Assembly (NCBI GenBank): GCA_037443025.1
Contig: JBBIPD010000002.1
Coordinates: forward strand, 1-37,720
DNA: 37,720 bases
Reading direction: 5' to 3'
Source of the DNA: Chloroflexota bacterium
GTDB taxonomy: Bacteria; Chloroflexota; Anaerolineae; Anaerolineales; UBA4823
Position numbers and translations under genes: made by a program. Below the pieces are notes generated by a model. The model ran no database searches, had not been told where the DNA came from, and saw nothing but the letters and a program-made list of their open reading frames with translations. Positions 19,313 to 28,016 of this stretch are shown here, piece after piece. The first letter of the stretch is position 1. Every line of letters begins with the position of its first letter.

Positions 19313-19389
19313 GTATTTCGTCTTCACCTCAGATAAATAGATTTTGTTGTGCTTCCATATATTGGGGTACCAGAAACTGAAATTGGTAC

Positions 19390-19417
19390 TTGACAAAACA
19401 GGGAGTTAGACTATAAT
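19390..19417 (+). promoter_or_regulatory. near-consensus sigma70 promoter for small-ORF/arsR/MFS operon
   Basis: TTGACA (19390-19395), a 16-nt spacer, then TATAAT (19412-19417). Confidence 0.65.
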
Positions 19418-19443
19418 CTAATTAGACGAATATCTAATTTAGA
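19417..19443 (+). promoter_or_regulatory. two palindromic operator-like sites TCTAATTAGA and TCTAATTTAGA
   Basis: Perfect palindromes at 19417-19426 (5+5) and 19433-19443 (5-1-5). Both are preceded by A and followed by C. They overlap the -10 and transcription-start region. A third TTAGAC half-site is at 19406-19411. Confidence 0.55.
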
Positions 19444-19457
19444 CCGGTATCTACTGG

Positions 19458-19691
19458 ATGGAGGAAGCAATGAACGATAGGGATTTGTTCTTGGCTCAGC
19501 AATACCAGCGCGAACTGCTGGAAAAAGCCAACCAGGCTCGGTTGATCCGGGCGTCCAGAAATGGTTCCCAGCCAAATCTGTGGGATTATGCCCTGTTGCG
19601 CGCTGGCGATGCTTTGATTTCCCTGGGTGAAAAGATTCGCTCCGCCAGTGATTACCAGAAACTGTCTGACCTGTCAAAGGAATGCGCATGA
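19458..19691 (+). CDS. small hypothetical protein (73-77 aa), helical charged N-terminus and hydrophobic C-half
   Basis: ORF with GGAGGA just upstream of the alternative ATG at 19470 (MNDRDLFLAQQYQRELLEKANQARLIR...). Its stop overlaps the arsR-like start (ATGA at 19688-19691). Confidence 0.55.
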   Translation: MEEAMNDRDLFLAQQYQRELLEKANQARLIRASRNGSQPNLWDYALLRAGDALISLGEKIRSASDYQKLSDLSKECA

Positions 19692-20809
19692 ATAGCGCCG
19701 AACTCGGTCAAGGGTCAAGCGAAGTCGAAACAGGCGAAAGCAAAACGCCGCGCCTGGTCTGGGACATTGGGACTGCCTACGATTTCTTCTTGAGCCTGGA
19801 GGTGCTTCACCATCCTGAAGATTACGGATTGCGGGCGTCCTGGGCGGCGGGCGTGCGCTCGCGCCTGCCGCCTTCCGAGAGGAAGCTGCTCGAGGAGATA
19901 CAGGATTTTTTATGGCTGCCGATGCACTGGATTCACAACCTGCCCGCGCCCAAGGATGCCGCCAGCGTGATATGGGCTTTGCGGCAGATGCCGCCAATAG
20001 AACGACCGGTCAGGTTGGTTAACCCCTACGAGACCGATGAGAAGATTAATGAAACCATGAGCGGGGTGGTCGAGCGGCGCACATGGGATAAACACGATTT
20101 GGATGTGTTCCGGGCTATGCTTAATGAGCATAAGAAGGGGCACCTGGCTAAGAACCTCCCCGCTTTGTTGGATTGGTGGACGCGTCCCGAAGAGATGGGA
20201 GAGCTTTATCTCTCAGCCCTTGAGTCTTATTACAAAAGTTTCTTTGCCGAAGAGGAGAAGCGGATCATGCCGGTGCTGCGCCAGGGTTTAGAACGGGCGC
20301 AGGCGTTGGCGCAACAGATGGCTTTGCCAGACCTGCTGGCAGAGCTCTCGCAAGGGGTGCATTTCGAAAAACCATTGGAGATTGATGAGCTGGTGCTCGT
20401 GCCGGGATATTGGAACACGCCTTTGATCGTCTTTCCGATGATCGGTCCCAAAAGTATGCTGTTCATGTTCGGCGTCCGTCCTCCTGAGATGTCGCTGGTG
20501 CCTGGCGAACCTGTGCCAGACACCCTGTTGCGTGTTTTGAAAGCCATTGCCGATCCTACCCGCTTGCGCATCCTGCATTACCTCAGCCAGGGAAAGCTGA
20601 CCCCAGCCCAACTTTCCCGAAAGCTGCGCTTGCGCGCCCCAACCGTGACCCACCACCTGAGCGCACTGCGTTTGGCAGGGTTGGTGCATGTGAGCCTGGA
20701 AAGCAGCGGCGAGAGATGCTACACCGCTCGCCTGGAGGCTATCCAATCCATGTGCGCCACGTTGCAAAGTTATCTCTCAAGTGATTTGGATAAGGGTGAG
20801 GGGGAGTAA
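19682..20809 (+). CDS. ArsR/SmtB-family winged-HTH regulator with a ~270-aa N-terminal domain of unknown function
   Basis: C-terminal LLRVLKAIADPTRLRILHYLSQGKLTPAQLSRKLRLRAPTVTHHLSALRLAGLV is a canonical ArsR HTH. The N-terminal domain was not recognised, though the architecture recalls DUF5937-HTH fusions (from memory, unverified). Alternative start ATG at 19688. Confidence 0.8.
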   Translation: MRMNSAELGQGSSEVETGESKTPRLVWDIGTAYDFFLSLEVLHHPEDYGLRASWAAGVRSRLPPSERKLLEEIQDFLWLPMHWIHNLPAPKDAASVIWALRQMPPIERPVRLVNPYETDEKINETMSGVVERRTWDKHDLDVFRAMLNEHKKGHLAKNLPALLDWWTRPEEMGELYLSALESYYKSFFAEEEKRIMPVLRQGLERAQALAQQMALPDLLAELSQGVHFEKPLEIDELVLVPGYWNTPLIVFPMIGPKSMLFMFGVRPPEMSLVPGEPVPDTLLRVLKAIADPTRLRILHYLSQGKLTPAQLSRKLRLRAPTVTHHLSALRLAGLVHVSLESSGERCYTARLEAIQSMCATLQSYLSSDLDKGEGE

Positions 20810-20814
20810 CTTCC

Positions 20815-22089
20815 TTGAACATATTCCACTCGACGCGCGCACTCGCAATCGAATATGGAACCCATATCCGGGCTTTTAAGCCGAACGCCCGTCTTTATCT
20901 GCTGAACGTGATCATCAGTGGCGCGGCGATGGGGGTGTACCGGCTGCTCTTCAATTTTTATGTGCTCAGCCTGGGTTTTGATGAAGCCCTGCTGGGCAGC
21001 CTGATTACGGTCAGCAGCCTGACTGCCCTGCTGGCAGCCCTGCCCATGGGTTACCTGGCTGACCTCATCGGTCGCAAGATGGCGTTGGTGATCTCTGGGG
21101 CGCTGGTTAGCTTCTCGATCTTTGCCATGGTGATCTATCCCTACCAGGGCATGTTCTATGCCATGAATATTGTCTCCGGGTTGGCGCAAAGCCTGGCGGC
21201 GGTGACCATGGCGCCGTTCTTGATGGAAAACAGCGGCGAAAAGGAACGAACATACCTGTTCAGCATCAGTTCAGGTTTGCAGATGGCGATGGCTTCGGTG
21301 GGCAATTGGATCGGCGGCTATCTGCCGAGTTGGGTGGCGCAGTCCAGGGGAGTCTCAACCACCAGCAGCACAGCTTATGCTGGGGCTTTGATGGCAATTG
21401 GTGTGATGTTGGCAGTGAGCATTGTTCCCTTATTGTTGCTCCGTGTTCAACGCCTGGCGCTCTCCGAGAGATTGGTATTCGCTCCCCTTGCTTATGCTTA
21501 CAAACATCCAGCTCAGCTCGGCAAGTTAATCCTTCCCATGTTGCTCACTTCGATTGGAGCGGGATTGATTATGCCGTTTATGAATGTGTTTTTTCGGGTG
21601 GTGCACAACCAACCCGACCCGGTGATCGGCTCCCTGTTTGCCTGGGGATCGCTGGCGATGGGGCTCGGCTTGCTGATTGCCCCACCCCTGGCAGATCGGA
21701 TGGGAAAGATTCAACTGGTGGTGGTCACCCAGGGATTATCCATCCCCTTCCTGATATTGTTAGGATATGCCCCCTGGTTTTGGGTTGGCGTTGTTGCCTA
21801 TTACATCCGATTGGCGCTGATGAATATGAGCGGACCGGTCTATCAGACGTTTGTGATGGAAGAGGTGGAGCCAGGAGCGCGGGCGACGGTCGCCAGCCTG
21901 GTGAGCATGTCGTGGAATTTCGGCTGGGCTTTCAGTCCCATGATCAGCGGTTGGTTGCAGGTGAATTACGGTTTTGGTTTGCCATTTTTAGGCACGATTA
22001 TTCTTTATACCGCCTCGGTTTTCCTGTACTGGTATTTCTTCTGGCGCCGAGATGCGCCTCAGGCATTGGCGCCTGTCCTTGGGGATTGA
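20815..22089 (+). CDS. MFS transporter (12 predicted TM segments)
   Basis: 424 aa, very hydrophobic. MFS loop motif GYLADLIGRKM between TM2 and TM3. TTG start with GGGGGAG upstream, 5 nt after the arsR-like stop. Confidence 0.85.
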   Translation: MNIFHSTRALAIEYGTHIRAFKPNARLYLLNVIISGAAMGVYRLLFNFYVLSLGFDEALLGSLITVSSLTALLAALPMGYLADLIGRKMALVISGALVSFSIFAMVIYPYQGMFYAMNIVSGLAQSLAAVTMAPFLMENSGEKERTYLFSISSGLQMAMASVGNWIGGYLPSWVAQSRGVSTTSSTAYAGALMAIGVMLAVSIVPLLLLRVQRLALSERLVFAPLAYAYKHPAQLGKLILPMLLTSIGAGLIMPFMNVFFRVVHNQPDPVIGSLFAWGSLAMGLGLLIAPPLADRMGKIQLVVVTQGLSIPFLILLGYAPWFWVGVVAYYIRLALMNMSGPVYQTFVMEEVEPGARATVASLVSMSWNFGWAFSPMISGWLQVNYGFGLPFLGTIILYTASVFLYWYFFWRRDAPQALAPVLGD

Positions 22090-22108
22090 TCCTCCTTGAA
22101 CCCCATAT

Positions 22109-22157
22109 ATCAAAACTACCCCGATTAGCGTGCTCGCACGCCCGGGGTAGTTTTGAT
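22109..22157 (+). terminator. long hairpin terminator after MFS gene
   Basis: ATCAAAACTACCCCG (22109-22123) pairs with CGGGGTAGTTTTGAT (22143-22157). A nested hairpin GCGTGC-TC-GCACGC sits inside. Followed by TT. Confidence 0.55.
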
Positions 22158-22248
22158 TTACTGCAAGAATGATGTAACCTCTGAGGATATTCTGCATCAA
22201 AGAATCTGTATCCAGCGTGAAAAATTGAGCTATAAGGAGAACTAATCT

Positions 22249-22647
22249 ATGGAGATGATGATTGACTTTCCGGGTGGGTCGCGAGTTGACGCCCATTTTG
22301 GTCCGTTCACCGTTCAAACCGATCAGCCGCCGTCAGCCAGCGCGCCCACGCCGTTTGCCACTTTCCTGGCTTCCATTGGCACCTGCGCCGGGATTTATGT
22401 GCTCGGTTTCTGCCAGCAGCGGGGTCTGCCAACCGAGGGCATCCGCATCATCCAGCGCATGCACAGTAATATGATGACCGGGCTGGTGGGCAAGATTGAC
22501 CTGGAAATCCAGGTGCCGCCGACTTTTCCGGAGAAATATTTGCCTTCTTTGATACGGGCGGCAGAGCTCTGCGCGGTGAAGAAGCATTTTGAGAACCCGC
22601 CGCAATTCAACATCTACACTCAGACAGTCGAAAGCGCCCAAGCTTAG
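22249..22647 (+). CDS. OsmC/Ohr-family protein (peroxiredoxin-like)
   Basis: 132 aa with the OsmC-fold pattern (FLASIGTCAGIYV...AELCAVKKHF, two conserved Cys). AAGGAG RBS. Confidence 0.75.
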   Translation: MEMMIDFPGGSRVDAHFGPFTVQTDQPPSASAPTPFATFLASIGTCAGIYVLGFCQQRGLPTEGIRIIQRMHSNMMTGLVGKIDLEIQVPPTFPEKYLPSLIRAAELCAVKKHFENPPQFNIYTQTVESAQA

Positions 22648-22687
22648 CCTTTAAGCGCAACTTGCTCTGGCAAGGAAGGAAGAAAAC

Positions 22688-22717
22688 GCCGCTGGTTGAG
22701 AATTCAAAACCAGCGGC
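22688..22717. terminator. bidirectional terminator between osmC-like and glgC (convergent)
   Basis: GCCGCTGGTT / AACCAGCGGC 10-bp stem with a 10-nt loop. Flanked by GAAGAAAAC on the left and TTGTTG on the right. Confidence 0.75.
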
Positions 22718-22732
22718 TTGTTGATGTATCCA

Positions 22733-23992
22733 TCAATCTGGACCGATGTAAGTCCCTGCGTGTAAGATTGTGCTTTTGGGAATGACAACAATCCCATCCT
22801 GCACCACCCAGTTGTCTTCGAATATCTCTACCCCGCGCGGGAAGGGTTTAATGACCACCCCTTCGCCAATCCGTACGTTTTTATCAATGATAGCGCCCTC
22901 GATTTCGCTATTCGCTCCTACCCCAATCGGTATGCCGCCAGGGAGCGGCGAGCCGGGAACGTCATAATAATCTGCGCCCATCAAGATGGTGTTTCGGATA
23001 CGAACACCATCGGCAATCTGACTGCGCAAGCCGACAATCGAGTCGTGGATTTCGGCGCGCCCTATCAGGCAGCCATCCGTCAAAAGCACATTGCTCAGGG
23101 TCGCCCCGTCAACCACCGACCCCGGCAGGTAGCGGGGACGGGTGTAGATAGGTCGTACAGGGTCGTAAAAATTGAAGGGAGCGTCGGGGCGGGTCAACTT
23201 CAGGTTTGTCTCGTAAAAGGAGCGGATGGTTCCAATGTCTTCCCAGTAATCGTCGAAGTCGAATCCGAATACCTTATGACTGTGGATGGCGTTGGGGATG
23301 ATCTGCCCCCCGAAGTCTTCGGCAGATGAGTTTTCCAGCAGGTCAATCAACACCTCGGTGTTGAAAAAGTAGATGCCCATTGATCCGAGATAGGGGCGTT
23401 CAGGATCGTCGCGACTGATAAACTGAGCCAGCACATCTGGATCACGCGGCTTTTCGACGAAAGAGACAATACGGTAATCCGGGTTGCGCTTGAGCAGACC
23501 GAAGCGGGAAGCTTCGCTCGCCTTTACCGGTTGGACGGCGACTGTGATTTCGGCGTCATTGTCCCAGTGGAAGCGCGCCAGGGTGGTGTAATCCATGCGG
23601 TAGAGGTGATCACCAGCCAGAATTAAAACATACTCAGCGCGGGTAGCCTTGATTTCGAACAACTGTTTGCGCACTGCGTCCGCAGTGCCTTGATACCAAT
23701 CAAGGCTGCGTGGTGTCTGTTCAGCCGCCAATATCTGCACCCATCCACCGTGGAAGTCATCAAACGTGTAGGTTTGGGTGATATGGCGGTGAAGCGAGAC
23801 GGAATTGAACTGGGTCAGGACGGCGATGTGGTTGATATCCGAATTGATGCAATTACTGATAGGCACGTCAATCAGGCGGTATTTGCCGGCGATAGGCACG
23901 GCGGGTTTGGCGCGTTGTCTGGTCAGGGGGTAGAGGCGTTTACCAACGCCGCCCCCAAGGATGACAGCCAGGACGTTGGATAAGTTGGGCAT
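22733..23992 (-). CDS. glgC: glucose-1-phosphate adenylyltransferase
   Basis: 419 aa. N-terminus AVILGGGVGKRLYPLTRQRAKPAVPIAGKYRLIDVPISNC and WYQGTADAV are classic GlgC blocks. C-terminal beta-helix. GGGAGGA RBS. Confidence 0.93.
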   Translation of the reverse strand: MPNLSNVLAVILGGGVGKRLYPLTRQRAKPAVPIAGKYRLIDVPISNCINSDINHIAVLTQFNSVSLHRHITQTYTFDDFHGGWVQILAAEQTPRSLDWYQGTADAVRKQLFEIKATRAEYVLILAGDHLYRMDYTTLARFHWDNDAEITVAVQPVKASEASRFGLLKRNPDYRIVSFVEKPRDPDVLAQFISRDDPERPYLGSMGIYFFNTEVLIDLLENSSAEDFGGQIIPNAIHSHKVFGFDFDDYWEDIGTIRSFYETNLKLTRPDAPFNFYDPVRPIYTRPRYLPGSVVDGATLSNVLLTDGCLIGRAEIHDSIVGLRSQIADGVRIRNTILMGADYYDVPGSPLPGGIPIGVGANSEIEGAIIDKNVRIGEGVVIKPFPRGVEIFEDNWVVQDGIVVIPKSTILHAGTYIGPD

Positions 23993-24111
23993 GGGTTTTC
24001 CTCCCGCAGGTCTGGATAGGGATTGGCTTATTTGTACCGGATGATGGTTTGAGCCTGTATCTTATTATAGCACCCAGGGATACCATACCCCGGTCGGCGA
24101 AGATAAAACAA

Positions 24112-24140
24112 AACCGCCCTTCCCAGATTGCAGGGCGGTT
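24112..24140 (-). terminator. rho-independent terminator downstream of tRNA-Leu
   Basis: AACCGCCCT (24112-24120) pairs with AGGGCGGTT (24132-24140). On the minus strand it is followed by TTTTGTTTTAT. Confidence 0.8.
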
Positions 24141-24162
24141 AGATCAGCGTGATATAATCGGC

Positions 24163-24248
<86 letters not shown>

Positions 24249-24355
24249 AGATTTTTTCTTTGCGAGTTTAAGTATATCGAAAGAACTCGACACGGTCAAG
24301 ATATGATCAACGTGTATTATGATGTGATGCCGATTAAGTCGGGAGCGATGGCGCA

Positions 24356-25426
24356 GTGCGACTTGGGATAATTGGGTTACCCCAATCGGGCAAAACCACG
24401 GTGTTCAACGCCCTCACCCGTGGTAATAAGCCAACCGCTCTAAGCGGTGGGCGCTTCGATGTCCACACTGCCATTGTGGATGTGCCTGACCAACGCCTGG
24501 AGCGCCTGGCGGCGCTTTTTCGACCCCAAAAGACCACCTACGCAAAGGTGACGTATGCCGATATCGCCGGTTTAGAGGCAGGCGCAGGGAAGAGCGGTTT
24601 CTCCGGACCACTGCTCAACCAACTCTCGCAGATGGATGGTTTTCTGGAGGTCGTGCGTTGTTTTGAAGACCCCGCAGTGCCTCACTCTTTGGGAAGTGTA
24701 GACCCCTGCCGCGATCTATCTGTCGTGGATACCGAACTGCTCCTGCAGGACTTGATTTCGGTAGAACGCAAGCTGGAACGCCTGGCAACCGAGCGAGTGA
24801 AGAGCGGTGGGCGAGAGAAAGCTGCGATAGAACGCGAAACGCTCTTGTTTGAAACACTTCATGCGACGCTTTCGGCGGAGAAACCCCTGCGCGAACTTGA
24901 GCTGACCGCGGAAGAAGAGAAAATCATCTCGGGTTTTGGCTTTCTCACCCGCAAGCCGATTTTGCTGGTGCTGAATGTCTCCGAGGGTCAGACGCCGCCC
25001 GAGGTTGCCTGTCCGTACCGGCGTTGCAGCGTTGCCCTTCTACAAGGGCGCTTGGAAATGGAAATAGTCCAGCTTGCCCAGGAAGACGCCCAAATGTTCA
25101 TGCGGGAATACGGGATTGAAGAGCCGGGTCTGGATAAAGTGATTCGTCTATCGTATGATCTGCTTGGGCTGCAATCTTTTTTTACGGTGGGGGAAGATGA
25201 AGTGCGCGCCTGGACGGTGCGGCGAGGGGCAACCACCTATGAGGCGGCTGGGGTGATCCACAGCGATCTGCAGAAAGGCTTCATCCGGGCGGAGGTGATC
25301 GCTTACCCCGACTTGATCGCTCTGGGCGGACTGGCGGAAGCACGCGCCAGGGGTAAGCTGCGCCTGGAGGGGAAGGATTACGTTCTCCAGGACGGCGATA
25401 TCATGCATGTGCGTTTTAACATATGA
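24356..25426 (+). CDS. ychF: redox-regulated ribosome-binding ATPase YchF (Obg-like GTPase family)
   Basis: 356 aa. P-loop GIIGLPQSGKTT and conserved C-terminus FIRAEVI...GKLRLEGKDYVLQDGDIMHVRFN. GTG start with GGGAGCG upstream. Confidence 0.88.
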   Translation: MRLGIIGLPQSGKTTVFNALTRGNKPTALSGGRFDVHTAIVDVPDQRLERLAALFRPQKTTYAKVTYADIAGLEAGAGKSGFSGPLLNQLSQMDGFLEVVRCFEDPAVPHSLGSVDPCRDLSVVDTELLLQDLISVERKLERLATERVKSGGREKAAIERETLLFETLHATLSAEKPLRELELTAEEEKIISGFGFLTRKPILLVLNVSEGQTPPEVACPYRRCSVALLQGRLEMEIVQLAQEDAQMFMREYGIEEPGLDKVIRLSYDLLGLQSFFTVGEDEVRAWTVRRGATTYEAAGVIHSDLQKGFIRAEVIAYPDLIALGGLAEARARGKLRLEGKDYVLQDGDIMHVRFNI

Positions 25427-25478
25427 CCCAATTTAGAGTTATTTTGTTCGTCAAAACCATACAGAAGGATGACATACC

Positions 25479-27263
25479 ATGACATTACCATATACACAAA
25501 CCCGTTGGAGTCTGGCAGACTTATTCCCTTCCAGCGATGCGCCGGAAATGAAGGCTGCTTTTGATGAGCTGAACGCCATGGTCAGCGATTTCGAAACGCG
25601 CCGCGCTCAACTCACGCCGGATATTTCAACCGATGCGTTTACGCAGATGGTGCGCCAGCTTGAGGCGATCTCCCATCTGGGGAATCGCATTTACGGTTTC
25701 GCTGAACTGAGCTTCTCCGCCGATACCCAGGACCAGTCAGCCCTGGCGTTCCTGGGACAGGTAGAACAAACGATGGCGCAAATTCAAAACCGCACCCTTT
25801 TCTTTAGCCTGTGGTGGAAAGGATTGGATGACGAAGCTGCCTCGCGCTTAATGGCAAGCACCGGCGATTACCGCTACTGGCTGGAGGAGATGCGCCACTT
25901 CAAACCGCACACTTTGAGCGAACCAGAGGAGAAAATTATCAACATCAAAGATGTGACCGGCGTCAGAGCCTTTCACAATCTTTACGATTCGATCACCAAT
26001 CGCTATGTCTTCAAGCTGGAAGTGGAGGGCGAACTTAAGGAATTGACGCGAGGCGAACTGATGGTGTACGCCCGCCACCACGATCCAGATCTGCGCGCTC
26101 GCGCCTATCAGGAATTGTATCGCGTCTACGGCGCCGATGGTCCGATATTGGGACAGATGTACCAGACTCTGGTGCGTGATTGGCGCAATGAACAGGTGGA
26201 CCTGCGTAAATTCAACAGCCCGATTGCAGCCCGCAATCTGGCAAACGATATCCCGGATCAGGTAGTGGATACGCTGTTGGAAGTGTGTCAGCGCAACGCC
26301 ACCGTCTTCCAGCGTTACTTTCGCCTGAAAGCGCGCTGGCTGAACATGAAACGAATTCGCCGCTATGATATCTACGCCCCGGTGGTCAGGTCTGATAAAC
26401 GGTATGCTTTTGACCAGGCGGCTGAAATGGTGCTGAACTCGTTTGAGGCGTTCGACTCGAATGTTGCCAGCCTGGCGCAGCGCGTTTTTGACAAGCAACA
26501 TCTGGATAGCGAGGTGCGCAAGGGCAAGCCCGGCGGCGCTATTTGCTCAACCTTTACCACGGACATCACCCCATGGGTGTTGCTCAACTACCAGGGGCGA
26601 CCCGATGATGTGGCGACCATGGCGCACGAGTTGGGGCATGCAATCCATGCCATGTTGGCGTCACATCACAGCCTGTTCACCTTCCATTCCTCCTTGCCGC
26701 TGGCGGAGACCGCCTCCACTTTCGGGGAAATGCTCTTAATTGACCGCCTGCTTGACGGGGAGGCGGACGAAAATGTGCGCCGCGACTTGCTCTTCCGCCA
26801 GGTGGACGACTCGTATGCCACGATCATGCGCCAGGCATTCTTTGCCCTCTTCGAACGTCAGGCGCATGAGATGATTCAGCAGGGCGCCACGGTGGACGAA
26901 CTGGCAAACGCCTACATGGAGAACCTGAGCCAGCAGTTCGGGGATTCGGTAGAACTGAGCGATGAGTTCCGTTGGGAGTGGGTCTCCATCCCCCATATCT
27001 ATCAGGTGCCGTTCTATGTGTATGCCTATGCCTTCGGGCAGTTGCTTGTGCTTTCGCTCTATCAGCAGTTCAAGGCGGAAGGAGAGGCTTTCAAACCCCG
27101 CTACTTGAAGATTCTGGCAGCAGGCGGCTCAGACGCGCCGGCGCGCATTCTGCTCGAAGCCGGGATTGATATCTACAGCGCCGATTTCTGGCAGGGCGGC
27201 TTCGATGTGATCCTTGCCTTGCTCGATCAACTGGAAGCTATCCCGGTGGAGAGGGTTTCCTGA
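25479..27263 (+). CDS. pepF: M3B-family oligoendopeptidase F
   Basis: 594 aa. Zinc motif HELGHAIH with downstream ETASTFGE. Typical PepF length. Confidence 0.88.
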   Translation: MTLPYTQTRWSLADLFPSSDAPEMKAAFDELNAMVSDFETRRAQLTPDISTDAFTQMVRQLEAISHLGNRIYGFAELSFSADTQDQSALAFLGQVEQTMAQIQNRTLFFSLWWKGLDDEAASRLMASTGDYRYWLEEMRHFKPHTLSEPEEKIINIKDVTGVRAFHNLYDSITNRYVFKLEVEGELKELTRGELMVYARHHDPDLRARAYQELYRVYGADGPILGQMYQTLVRDWRNEQVDLRKFNSPIAARNLANDIPDQVVDTLLEVCQRNATVFQRYFRLKARWLNMKRIRRYDIYAPVVRSDKRYAFDQAAEMVLNSFEAFDSNVASLAQRVFDKQHLDSEVRKGKPGGAICSTFTTDITPWVLLNYQGRPDDVATMAHELGHAIHAMLASHHSLFTFHSSLPLAETASTFGEMLLIDRLLDGEADENVRRDLLFRQVDDSYATIMRQAFFALFERQAHEMIQQGATVDELANAYMENLSQQFGDSVELSDEFRWEWVSIPHIYQVPFYVYAYAFGQLLVLSLYQQFKAEGEAFKPRYLKILAAGGSDAPARILLEAGIDIYSADFWQGGFDVILALLDQLEAIPVERVS

Positions 27264-27286
27264 GGATAAGCCTAACGGCGATTGTC

Positions 27287-27329
27287 CCCCCATCCTGGCG
27301 TCCTCGCCTGGCAGGCATCAGGATGGGGG
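27287..27329 (+). terminator. rho-independent terminator after pepF
   Basis: CCCCCATCCTG (27287-27297) pairs with CAGGATGGGGG (27319-27329), followed by TGTTTTG. Confidence 0.7.
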
Positions 27330-27356
27330 TGTTTTGAAAATATCTCATAGATACAT

Positions 27357-28016
27357 ATGTCCGATTCCAGGTTGAAATTAACCGAGGTTTTCTCTTCCAT
27401 CGCTCAGAAGCTGGCTGAGCAGCGTGAGGCGTTGAACGCGCTGGATGAGATCAACCACAACCACGGCGATCATATGGTCGAAATCTTCCAGGCGGCAACC
27501 AGAGCAGCGGGGGAGCATGAGGGCGCGCCATTGGGGATAGCCATGGAGCATGGCGCGGAGTTGCTCCGCCGGATGACGGAGAACGGTTCTGCCCAGGTCT
27601 ATGGGCGCGGCTTGGGATTGCTGGCAGCGCAACTGCGCCAACGCCAGATTGAGCTGGATGACCTGCTGCCTGTGGTGCAGGGCTATCTACGCCAGGAGAG
27701 ACAGAGCGACCAGGACGGCTCCCCTGGTTCGGGGGAAGTGCTCAAAGGCTTGATGGCAGCCCTGGCGGAGTGGGATCAGCTCGAAGCTGAGCAGGATAGT
27801 GGTGCGGAGAAAAAGCCTTTTTCTGGCGTGGGCATGGGGTATTTGTTCGGTATGGGGATGGCGTACCTGCAGGCGAAAGAAAAGGGCGGCGACCGACTGG
27901 ATGTCCTGAGCGAGACGATTGTCTCAGCCAGCCCGTTGGGCAAGATATCGCACCGCCACGCATCGGGGGTGATCGCTGTGCGGGCGTTGTTGCAGGCTTT
28001 GATCTCGCAGGCTTAG
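27357..28016 (+). CDS. hypothetical protein, distantly DAK2/DhaL-like all-helical domain
   Basis: 219 aa. LNALDEINHNHGDHMVEIF resembles the DhaL L..LD..iGDgDHG motif. The assignment is tentative. Confidence 0.45.
   Translation: MSDSRLKLTEVFSSIAQKLAEQREALNALDEINHNHGDHMVEIFQAATRAAGEHEGAPLGIAMEHGAELLRRMTENGSAQVYGRGLGLLAAQLRQRQIELDDLLPVVQGYLRQERQSDQDGSPGSGEVLKGLMAALAEWDQLEAEQDSGAEKKPFSGVGMGYLFGMGMAYLQAKEKGGDRLDVLSETIVSASPLGKISHRHASGVIAVRALLQALISQA

Larger units (their letters stand above)
19011..19313. other. DnaA-box cluster / candidate oriC or DnaA-binding locus
   Basis: Boxes: TGTGGATAT (19016-19024, 8/9), TGTGGAGAA (19024-19032, 8/9), TGGGGATAA (19131-19139, 8/9), TTATCCACA (19283-19291, 9/9) and TTATCCACA (19304-19312, 9/9). 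Left boxes face opposite to right boxes around an AT-rich core. The whole 18944-19457 gap is non-coding. Confidence 0.5.

Noticed and set aside
21306-22172. 288-aa plus-strand ORF in an alternative frame of the MFS gene
   Set aside because: It is an out-of-frame overlap with a 12-TM transporter ORF. Its product is Arg/Gly/Cys-rich and not protein-like.
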